DNA from: Bacteroidales bacterium
Lineage (GTDB): Bacteria > Bacteroidota > Bacteroidia > Bacteroidales > UBA932
Length of the DNA: 64,000 bases
Direction of reading: 5' to 3'
NCBI GenBank assembly: GCA_022653735.1
Contig: JALCSU010000002.1
Location: forward strand, 29,643-93,642
This document shows, piece by piece, positions 40,882-50,165 of this stretch (position 1 is its first letter; every line of letters begins with the position of its first letter). Below the pieces are notes generated by a model, which was not told the origin of the DNA, made no database searches, and saw only the letters and a list, made by a program, of their open reading frames with translations. The position numbers and the translations under genes were made by a program.

Positions 40882-41276
40882 GAGTATGAGCGTGAGGTAA
40901 TACCTTTGGAGATATTGATAATGAATATGTTGCAGAGGCTTACCCCATGCTCTGTCAATGTAGGGTATGAGCGTGAGATAGTGTCTCTGGAAATATTGAT
41001 AATGAATATGTTGCGTAAGTTGACCCCACGCTCTGTCAATGTAGGGTATGAGCGTGAGATAGTGTCTCTGGAGATATTGATAATGAATATGTTGCAGAGG
41101 CTTACCCCACGCTCTGTCAATGTAGGGTATGAGCGTGAGGTGGCGCCTGCGGAAATATTGATAATGAATATGTTGCGTAAGCTGACCCCACGCTCTGTCA
41201 ATGTAGGGTATGAGCGTGAGATAGTGTCTCTGGAAATATTGATAATGAATATGTTGCGTAAGCTGACCCCACGCTC
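40882..41276. repeat. Tandem array of about 4.9 x 81-bp imperfect-palindrome units
   Basis: Units start at 40882, 40963, 41044, 41125, 41206; consensus GGGTATGAGCGTGAG-[var]-GGARATATTGATAATGAATATGTTGC-[var]-ACCCCACGCTCTGTCAATGTA. Confidence 0.95.
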
Positions 41277-41365
41277 GGAGCTTTTTGCGAATATGAAATT
41301 TGCATAAATTATTAAAAGGGATTGCAGATTGACGGATTATTCCTATATTTGCAATCCAAACCAAT

Positions 41366-41438
<73 letters not shown>

Positions 41439-41442
41439 CAAT

Positions 41443-41477
41443 AAATGGCTTGCAATCTATTTGCGAGCCTTTTTTTG
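41443..41477 (+). terminator. tRNA terminator
   Basis: GGCTTGCAA-TCTAT-TTGCGAGCC hairpin followed by a T run. Confidence 0.75.
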
Positions 41478-41521
41478 AATCTACTTCCATCCCCACGCCC
41501 CGCAAATCCCGAGCGCCCCAG

Positions 41522-41880
41522 CCCGTCATCCTGCCCGCCCCTCCACGTCCTCACGACTGTCCCCCTCCACGTCCTCACGACTGTCCCCATCACGTCATCA
41601 CGAGTGTCCCCCTCCACGTCCTCACGACTGTCCCCATCACGTCATCCCAAGCGTTCCATCCCGTCATCCTGAACTTGATTCAGGATCTTTGCCCGCCCAC
41701 CCCGTCATCCTGAACTTGTTTCAGGATCTGTTCTTCGCAAGCCTAGATTCCGGATCGAGTCCAGATGACTGGGATAAACGGCCCAGATTCCTAGTCAAGC
41801 CCGGATGACGAAGGATAAACGAGCCCAGATTCCTGGTCAAGCCCGGATGACTGAAGGATGGACATTTTTTCCCGTCATCG
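41522..41880. repeat. Cluster of CGTC-tagged REP-like palindromes and 23-24-bp micro-repeats
   Basis: CCGTCATCCTGAACTTG(A/T)TTCAGGATCT at 41661 and 41702; inverted AGATTCC..(C/T)(C/G)..GATGAC copies at 41745, 41785, 41827; about 5 x CACGTC(C/A)TCACGA(C/G)TGTCCCC at 41538-41647. Confidence 0.85.
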
Positions 41881-42443
41881 TGAAATGCAGGGCTGCCGGC
41901 GAAGCTGCGGTCGCAAAGAATACATTCATGTCCTCGCCCAGAAGGACGAGAATTTATGGGCGACGGTATAGTGCCACCGACTGGCTTGTAATGAGGGACT
42001 GCGTCGCCCACCCGGTTTCCAGAACCAGGGTTGGCAATGGGGATAGTCTCCTCAGCGCTTATAATGAATATCACCGTTGCCTACGATTGTGAATAATCGA
42101 AATCTATCTTCAAGGTTTCACAAAACCGTGTCGATGCTGAAGGAATAAAGAATCGCATACGAATATTCAAACCCTCCGGAAGAGGTGTCTCGCAGAACGC
42201 TGTCGAGGCAGGCTGCACAGAAGTGCGTAGGGAAGAGCATGTCTCTACATCGAGACCTTCCAAGAGCCACGTTGTCGAGCAGCACCCCTTTGCAGAGCCA
42301 CCAGAAGGCCCTGCTCCGACAGCACTTTGCGAAATTCCACCACTCTCATCCTGAATGACAAACCCTCTACATTCTAAACGACCAACCACATAATCATTTA
42401 CCGACCAACGCTGTAATCGCAAACTTGATTATCCAGAACGCAC

Positions 42444-42578
42444 CATCCCGTCATCGCAAGCGTTCCCACCCCGTCATCCTGAACTTGTTTCAGGATCTTT
42501 GCCCGTCCACCCCCGTCATCCTGAACTTGTTTCAGGATCTAGGCCTTCGATAATATAGATTCTTTCGTCAGGATGACA
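42444..42578. repeat. Second CGTC REP-like cluster, a direct repeat of 41636-41729
   Basis: CCGTCATCCTGAACTTGTTTCAGGATCT at 42471 and about 42513; inverted partner AGATTCTTTCGTCAGGATGAC at about 42557. Confidence 0.85.
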
Positions 42579-42936
42579 GGTTAGTTATTTCGTAATACTG
42601 CAACCAATGAGCGAATATTAGTCCGAATGCTTTTGCCGCGCGAACCAATCTCAAGTGCAAGGCTCTCCAGCGTGGTACGCCATGCAAACCCCTCCATGTC
42701 ATCATGGGTGTTTGCATGCCCACATTAGACCACCCCAGGGCCACACTACTTCGCGCCGCAAATGCATGACGCACCACATAGCATGTCACTTCCAGAGACT
42801 GCTCTGCTCTTGCGATGGCTCTCTGCTCGTCTACCCGGAGGATCCGTAAGACCGCCGATAGATGAAGCTAACATACTTATTAATTCTTCGAGGTCATCAT
42901 ATAGTTTGATGCCATATTGCTCCTTAATGTCCACTT

Positions 42937-42966
42937 GCTATTTTTGCGGAAACCCGCAAAAATAGC
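42937..42966. terminator. Perfect 13-bp hairpin downstream of the LMW-PTP gene
   Basis: GCTATTTTTGCGG-AAAC-CCGCAAAAATAGC. Confidence 0.5.
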
Positions 42967-43032
42967 GAATGGTGGCTGCGCGGAATATTATTCGAGGGGC
43001 AGTCAACCAATGGCCTCATACATCCGGCCAAG

Positions 43033-43491
43033 CTATTCAAAGAGGTTAGATTCTAGCAACCCTTCGCATGCTTTCAGGAGGTCGCGGAAAGTAACTTCAA
43101 AGTCTCCGGTGTACCAAGGGTCGGCGACATCTCGGCTGATGCCGGCATAAGACATCATCAGGTGAATCTTTCCGTCAGTATCGTCCGGAATGATCTGTCT
43201 CATCCATCGCAGGTTAGAGGCATCCATGCAGATGATGAGGTCGAAGCGGTCATAGTCGGCTCTGCTAATTCGTCGAGCGCGCTTCTTTGCGTCAAACCAT
43301 ATTCCGTGCTGGCTCAGGCAACGTCTTGCAGGAGGATATATTGGATTTCCAATTTCCTCTGTGGAAACTGCGGCAGACTCGATATGGTACCGATTCTCCA
43401 GCCCCCTGGCTTTGACCAAGTCTTTCAAGATGAATTCTGCCATGGGACTCCGGCAGATATTGCCGTGGCAGACGAAAAGGATGCGTGTCAT
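43033..43491 (-). CDS. Low molecular weight protein-tyrosine phosphatase
   Basis: ILFVCHGNICRSPMAE P-loop, DPWY. Confidence 0.95.
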   Translation of the reverse strand: MTRILFVCHGNICRSPMAEFILKDLVKARGLENRYHIESAAVSTEEIGNPIYPPARRCLSQHGIWFDAKKRARRISRADYDRFDLIICMDASNLRWMRQIIPDDTDGKIHLMMSYAGISRDVADPWYTGDFEVTFRDLLKACEGLLESNLFE

Positions 43492-43734
43492 CGGCTGCCC
43501 TCCTGATTTTTCTGACGTATCCTTGCGGCGTGAGTAGCCAGCCCTGCAATTCTAATCTCAGCAATAATCCCGGCCATCGACGGAATTCCGTCGTTGATGG
43601 TCGGGAAAAAGAAAATTTTCGTGTCGTTTCCTTCGTTCATGGACGGCAAATTTACGCAAAAACTTACGATTTGTCGCCAGCGTGCGCATGAATCCATATT
43701 GATAATGCTTCTTGCATTGTCCTTTGAGTCAGCT

Positions 43735-45000
43735 TCACAAATCGACATTGGAATCGGATGGCTTTTCGTGGCTTGGGGGATAGCCGAAATGGTTCTTGAA
43801 TTCCCTTGTGAATACGGAAGGGGAGGAACATCCTAGTTTCCAAGCCACTTCGCTGACTGTCAGCCCTCCGCTGCGGAGGAGCTCACGCGCTATGTCCATC
43901 CGGTAGGCGCTAGCAAAAGCCTTCGGAGTCTTCCCAGTGAGAGACTTCACCTTCGCATAGAGGGAGCTATAGCTGATTCCCAGTTCTCGTGCCATCTCAC
44001 TGATGTCGGCATGCTCGTTGTCAAGATTGGCATCAAGGTAAGCATGGATCTTCTCCACAAGGGCCTTCTCGGCAGGATTCAGTTTAGCTTCCTCGACTTT
44101 CTTAGACTCTTTCAGCGTGGTAGACGTAAGATTGAGAACTTTATCCTGCAGGATTCTCCTGTTCCTGATGAGGCTTTTTACGGTCGCTCTCAGGGAGTCC
44201 GGGTCGAATGGCTTCGGAATATAAGCGTCCGCTCCTGCATTCATTCCCTCTATGCAACTTTCTGCGTCTGCCTTTGCCGTGAGAAGGATGACGGGCAGAT
44301 GATGCCAGTCTGAATTAGACTTTATGTCAGAGCATAGGGCGTAGCCAGTTTTCCCGGGCATGATAACATCGCTCAGGACTATGTCCGGAATAGCTATTTG
44401 AAGGTCGTCTTCGGCTTCTAGCCCGTCGGATGCGAGAATGACGTTATACTCATCTTTGAATATATTCCCGAGAAAAGTCCTCAATTCCGCAGTGTCTTCG
44501 ACAATGAGCATGGTGAATTCTTTCGCTGCTCGGCTTGCATTAGGGCTGACTGCCTCGGAAAGAGCACCCGTCTGAGAGATGTCCGAGCCGGAATAACTCC
44601 CGATGTCAAGAGGGAGGGAGAATGTGAATATGGAGCCTCCCTCTGGATTAGGTTCGTAAGATAGGTCTCCTTTATGGAGGAGTGCGAGCGATTTCGCATA
44701 ATTTAGCCCTATTCCTGAACCGGAAACTTCGCTGTTTTCGGCTCCGAGCCTGTCGAAGCGAGTGAAAATATGTTCTCTCTTGTTCAATGGAATGCCTATC
44801 CCGTTATCCTTCACGGAAATGCTTGCAAGATTGCCTTCCCTGCCAACTGACACATTTATGCTTCCTCCTTCAGGGGTATACTTGACTGCATTGCTGAGCA
44901 GGTTGCCAAGAATTTTTGATACTTTCTCTGTGTCGAACCATCCGATGCATGTCTCTGGAATTTCCGTCGTGATGGTCAAGTATTTTTCGTGAATTGCTTC
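43735..45000 (-). pseudogene. 3' remnant of a hybrid two-component system (HATPase-REC-AraC); sensor and HisKA domains missing
   Basis: NLLSNAVKYT, DNGIG, GSGIGL, IVED..SDVIMP..LLTAK, AraC HTH; no start codon or N-terminus, frame closed by TAG at 45001-45003. Confidence 0.85.
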
Positions 45001-45334
45001 CTACAAGAAAACGATTGCTCTGCCTGCCTTGAAAGGACAGGCCATCCTGGATTTAGGGTCGGTGGAAAACCTTGCGGAGGTGTTCGTGAACGGGACCAGT
45101 TGCGGATATGCCTGGAAACGGCCGTATCTCGTAGACATAAGCCATGCGATCAAGGACGGCCAGAACGATATGGAAGTGAAGGTTGCAAATGTCTGGGTGA
45201 ACCGTCTTGTAGGAGATGCTCAGCCAGACTGCAAGGAAAAGGTTACCTATACGGACGCACATTACTATGATGCGGACGATGCCCTCATTCCGGCAGGCTT
45301 GCTGGGCCCGGTGACTATCGTGAACAGAAAGTAA
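44993..45334 (+). pseudogene. C-terminal remnant of a GH106/GH2-like glycoside hydrolase
   Basis: ASYKKT..LDLGSVENLAEVFVNG..AWKRPY..VANVWVNRLVGD..GLLGPV; frame closed upstream by TGA at 44990. Confidence 0.8.
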
Positions 45335-45357
45335 AATATTCTTAGTATCTTGTAACG

Positions 45358-47727
45358 ATGAAAAAAATATTATTTACTGTCATTTGCACCATGATTTCCT
45401 GTGTTTTTGCTTCTGCGCAGCCGATGACCGAGACAAAGGTCCGGCAGGGGAAAGTCAGGGGAGTCCTGGAAAAAGGACTTGGATATTTCAAGGCAATCCC
45501 TTTTGCTGAGGCTCCTACTGGGGATCTCAGGTGGAAGGCTCCAGTTCCCAAAAAGGCATGGGAGGGAACGTACGATGCCACTGAATATGGTGCCATGCCG
45601 CCTCAACATGCCTTCCAGTTTCCAGGCGCGCCTTAGGCAAAAGTGTCTGAGGACTGCCTGTACCTGAATGTCATAACTCCTGCGTCAAAACCAGGAGAGA
45701 ATCTTCCAGTGCTGGCGTGGATACATGGCGGAGGTTTCATTACCGGCGATGCCAACTCGAACGATGGCGACAATTTCGCTAAGCAAGGCATAGTGTTCGT
45801 GAGCATAAGCTATCGTACCGGAGCCCTTGGGTTCCTTTCTTGCAGCGAGCTCTCGGAAGAGTCAGGAAAAGGCATCTCAGGAAACTACGGATTGATGGAT
45901 ATGATTCTTGCGCTGAAATGGATTCAAGAGAATATTTCCTCTTTCGGAGGTGACCCGTCGAAGGTAACGATCATGGGGGAGAGCGCTGGAGCAATTGCCG
46001 TGAGCATGCTGTGTGCGTCTCCTCTCGCAAAAGGTCTTTTCAGAGGGGCAATCAGCGAAAGCGGGGGTTCATTCTGCCCAGTGGATAGCGTACGAATAGA
46101 CAACAACGGAATCCGAGACATGACTGGCTCAGAGGCTTACGGACAGGCATGGATGAAACGAATCGGGGCCAAGAGCCTGGATCAGCTTAGGTCTATGCCT
46201 TGGGAAGACCTCATTAAGGACGAGCAGAGCGGAGGCGTCGGCGGTTTCTGGCCATGCGTAGATGGCTATGTCATTACAGACGACCAGTACAAGCTGTACG
46301 AAGCCGGAAACTACAATGACGTGAATATCCTGATAGGCACCAATTCAGATGAAGGAGCAATGTTCTCGCGCCCTGTCGCTATTGCAAAGTACAGGTCCGA
46401 CATAAAGGCTGAATATGGCCCATTCGCCGACAGGATGCTGGAACTCTATCCTGCCTCAACCGACGAAGAGACTTTCGGTGCGCTCAGCGACATATTCAGG
46501 GAAACAGCCTTTGCATGGCCTTCTTATGCTTGGGCTCGGCTCCAGGAAAAGACCGGCAAGGGAAAGGTATATGTCTACTATTTCGACCGCTACAATCCGG
46601 AAGGCCGCGTTTTCGGCATGGAGAATGCGAAACCTCGTGGGGCCAATCATGCGTCCGAGATGAAATTCGTATTCGGGCATGGCTGGGGACCGATGTCGCA
46701 GGAAGATGCCGATTTCAGCAAAAAGGTGAACTCTTACTGGGCGAACTTCGTGAAAACAGGCAACCCTAACGGAGAGGGCTTGCTCGAATGGCCGACATAC
46801 GCAGAGACTGGAAAGACGGTGATGTATTTCGGAAACGAGGGAATGGATGTGATCGAGACTCCGAACATGCCTCAGCTCCGTCTCATGGAGGAATATTTCT
46901 CCTGGAAAAGAGCAAGCTGGAAAGGCCGGCAAGAGGTCCATAAGGAACAGCCAAGGCCTCAGGGAGGATTCGAGGCGAATATCAGTCTTCCGGAGGTGTA
47001 CCGCGATGCTAACGTAGTTTTCAGAAAGATAGATGACCACACGTGGGTAGGGTCCGGGCATGTCATGGCATCTGAGACGCTTTACCTTCTCGAAGGGAAG
47101 AAAAGGGCGATTCTCATTGACACAGGAACACATATCCCGGACCTCGACAAGATTGTGACTGGCATTACGGACAAGCCCTTGACTGTTCTCCTCACTCATG
47201 TTCATCCTGACCATGCAGGTGGCGTCGGGCCATTTCCTGAAGTTTGGATTAATGAGGCAGACACTGTGAATGTCCCTTCGATGATGGGAGGTTACAAAGG
47301 AAAAATCAAGTATCTCAAGAACGGCCAGAAGTTCAATCTGGGTGGGCGCATCCTGGAAACTCATTTCACGCCTGGCCACACTCCGGGATCCACCACGTTC
47401 TTCATAAGGAAAGAACATGTAGGGTTCAGCGGTGATTCCTACGGAAACGGGAACCTGCTCCTGACGACAGATTTTTCTACTTTGCTGAATATGTGCAAAG
47501 AGTCCTCGGCATTCTTCCAGAAGGCTGGTATCGAGAAGTTCTACAATGGGCATTTCTTCGGATCCAATTTCGAGACAATCAAGAGGATCGATGATTTGGC
47601 TCGGATTGCGGAAGATGTCCTTTTCGGCAAGCTGGAAGGAGAGAAAACGCCAGGCATGCTTGGGCTTGACCACGTCATCGTACGTGACGGCGTGAGAGTG
47701 AATTACGGCGAGGCTCAGGTCAAATGA
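45358..47727 (+). pseudogene. Secreted type-B carboxylesterase fused to an MBL-fold hydrolase, interrupted by an in-frame TAG at 45634-45636
   Basis: Signal peptide, IPFAEAP.GDLRWKAP, then *AKVSEDCLYLNV, WIHGGGF, GESAG, NHASE; C-terminal THVHPDHAGG and TPGHTPG. Confidence 0.8.
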
Positions 47728-47761
47728 AAATTCAATCTATTAATATTAAAATACATAAAAT

Positions 47762-50068
47762 ATGAAAAAAACGTTAACAATGATTGCCTTCATGACAATG
47801 GCTTCTATTGGGGCGGTCGCTCAGCCCAAGCTAATGAAGGACAACATAGAGGATGTCCTTAATGCAATGACGCTGGAAGAGAAGGTCAGTCTTCTCGTGG
47901 GGAAAAGTAGGTTCGTCATCATGAATGGCGTACCGACCGGCACCACCTCCAAGGTTGAAGGAGCGGCAGGAGAAACCCAAGCCATAGAGCGCCTCGGAAT
48001 TCCTGGCACCGTCCTTTCCGACGGCCCCGCAGGTGTTCGCATAAGCCCGACTCGTAAGGGAGACGACAACACTTATTATGCCACGGCCTTCCCAGTTGGA
48101 ACGGTCCTGGCGTCTACTTGGGATACGGAACTAGTTCAGAGAGTGACGAAGGCAATGGGCGAGGAGGCCAAGGATTTTGGCATAGATGTGCTTCTGGCTC
48201 CAGGAATGAACATCCAGAGAAATCCTCTCTGCGGTCGAAACTTTGAGTATTTCTCTGAAGATCCGTTCCTTAGCGGAAAGATGGCGGCTGCATATACGAA
48301 AGGAATCCAAGAAAATGGCGTCGGTGTTTCAATCAAGCACTTCATGGGCAATAATCAGGAGACGAATAGAAATGAGGTAGATTCCCGTATCAGCCAGAGA
48401 GCCCTGCGTGAGATTTATCTCAAGAACTTTGAGATTGCGGTCAAGGATGCCGACCCATGGACAGTAATGTCTTCTTATAACAAGATGAATGGCAAGTACA
48501 CCCAGCAGAACCGTGAACTTCTCACGACACTTCTCCGTGACGAATGGGGCTTCAAAGGAATCGTGATGACGGACTGGGGAAATAAGGAGGGGACTGTCGA
48601 TGCTGTCAACGCAGGAAACGATCTCATGGAACCGGGAAGCGATGTCGAAGTCGAGAGAATACTCGCAGGGGTCAGAAACGGAGCCATTTCAGAAGAGCAG
48701 ATTGACACGAACGTAAGAAGGATGCTTGAATATATTGTGAAAACCCCTTCTTTTGCAAACTATCATTTTTCAAGCAAGCCCGACTTGAAAGCTCATGCAC
48801 AGCTGACGCGTGAATCTTCGGCACAAGGAATGGTTCTCCTCAAGAATGACGAGAATACGCTCCCGCTGAAAGGAAATGAAACCGTTGCCCTCTATGGAGT
48901 GACCTCGTATGATTTCATAGCGGGCGGAGCCGGTTCAGGACAGGTGAACACCGCATACATTCGCAGTTTAAAGGACGGACTGGAAAATGACGGAGTAAGG
49001 GTGGATGAAACAACAGCTGATTGGTATTCGAAATATGTCGCCTATGCGACTGCCGCATCGAAGAATAATGAGGTCGGTGGCCTTTTCTGGGGGAAAACTG
49101 TCCTTCCTGAAATGCAAGTGTCATCCAAGTTCATCACGAAGCGAGAACCTGAAACGGATCTAGCCGTGATAACTATTAGCCGAAATGCTGGCGAGGGTTC
49201 TGATCGCAAGAATGTTGAGGGAGATTTCACTCTCACCCAGACGGAACGTCAGCTACTGCAAGATGTGGCAGATACCTACCATGCCGCAGGCAAGAAAGTC
49301 ATCGTCGTGCTCAACATCGGGGGAGTCATCGAGACAGAGTCTTGGAAATCGATTCCGGATGCGATTCTCCTGGCTTGGCAGCCTGGAGAGGAAGGTGGTG
49401 CTTCGGTTGCAGACATCTTGGTTGGAAAAGTAAATCCTTCGGGTAAGCTTGCGGTTACTTTTCCTGTTCGACTGTTCGATAACCCGTCTACGAAGAATTT
49501 CCCCTTCAACTATGAGATGTCTCAGCGTCGATGGCCAGGCTCATTTAAGAAAGCCCCTGTCAGAAATGTCGATTACACGAATTATGAGGAAGGGATATAT
49601 GTGGGCTACAGGTACTTCGAGACAAAGGGATTGGACGTGTCCTATCCTTTCGGCTATGGCCTTAGCTACACGACTTTTGAATACAGTTCTCCGGCCGTAA
49701 AAGCTACTTCGGACGGATTCGTGGCCATGGTTACTGTAAAGAATGCTGGCAAGACTGCTGGCAGGGAAGCAGTCCAAATTTACGTCACTGCCCCTTCCGG
49801 ATGCCTTGACAAGCCTTCCTGCGAACTGAAAGGTTTCGTGAAGACGAAGGAACTCCTGCCAGGAGAAAGCCAGACGGTGTCCGTGAAGATTGACAACTAC
49901 TCGCTCGCTTCCTTCAACGAGAATGCATCCCGCTGGGAAACTGCCGACGGTGTCTATCAGGTGAAATTCGCCGCCAGCATCAGGGATGTGAGGCAGACTG
50001 CAAAGTACCAGCTGAAAAAGCCTCTTGTCTGGGAGGTGAATGACATTTTAGCGCTTAAAGAAAAATAG
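47762..50068 (+). CDS. GH3 beta-glucosidase/xylosidase
   Basis: DGPAG, RNPLCGRNFEYFSEDP, KHF, VMTDW, YEEGIYVGYRYF, FnIII C-terminus. Confidence 0.95.
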   Translation: MKKTLTMIAFMTMASIGAVAQPKLMKDNIEDVLNAMTLEEKVSLLVGKSRFVIMNGVPTGTTSKVEGAAGETQAIERLGIPGTVLSDGPAGVRISPTRKGDDNTYYATAFPVGTVLASTWDTELVQRVTKAMGEEAKDFGIDVLLAPGMNIQRNPLCGRNFEYFSEDPFLSGKMAAAYTKGIQENGVGVSIKHFMGNNQETNRNEVDSRISQRALREIYLKNFEIAVKDADPWTVMSSYNKMNGKYTQQNRELLTTLLRDEWGFKGIVMTDWGNKEGTVDAVNAGNDLMEPGSDVEVERILAGVRNGAISEEQIDTNVRRMLEYIVKTPSFANYHFSSKPDLKAHAQLTRESSAQGMVLLKNDENTLPLKGNETVALYGVTSYDFIAGGAGSGQVNTAYIRSLKDGLENDGVRVDETTADWYSKYVAYATAASKNNEVGGLFWGKTVLPEMQVSSKFITKREPETDLAVITISRNAGEGSDRKNVEGDFTLTQTERQLLQDVADTYHAAGKKVIVVLNIGGVIETESWKSIPDAILLAWQPGEEGGASVADILVGKVNPSGKLAVTFPVRLFDNPSTKNFPFNYEMSQRRWPGSFKKAPVRNVDYTNYEEGIYVGYRYFETKGLDVSYPFGYGLSYTTFEYSSPAVKATSDGFVAMVTVKNAGKTAGREAVQIYVTAPSGCLDKPSCELKGFVKTKELLPGESQTVSVKIDNYSLASFNENASRWETADGVYQVKFAASIRDVRQTAKYQLKKPLVWEVNDILALKEK

Positions 50069-50165
50069 GTTGATTCTCTGAATCGTCTTGCTTGCTCGCT
50101 ACCAGCCAGTGAGGGTGACTTATTCATGCCGCAGGTCGCTTCGAGCATTCTTGGCGGATGTGCTA

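Noticed and set aside
40905-40935. dif/Xer site or integron attC in the array core
   Set aside because: ATAA..TATGTT similarity exists but the central spacer is not 6 bp; no RYYYAAC/GTTRRRY ends and no cassette ORFs or integrase
40882-41276. CRISPR array
   Set aside because: Variable windows are only 8-11 nt and recur between units; no unique spacers and no cas genes
40231-41364. 377-aa minus-strand ORF and other array-spanning ORFs as genes
   Set aside because: Openness is explained by the 81-bp period plus antisense to the oxidoreductase; no recognisable domain
43488-43748. 86-aa ORF between the HTCS remnant and the PTP
   Set aside because: No motif, and it contains a likely PTP promoter (minus-strand TAAATTTG at about 43648-43655); probably intergenic
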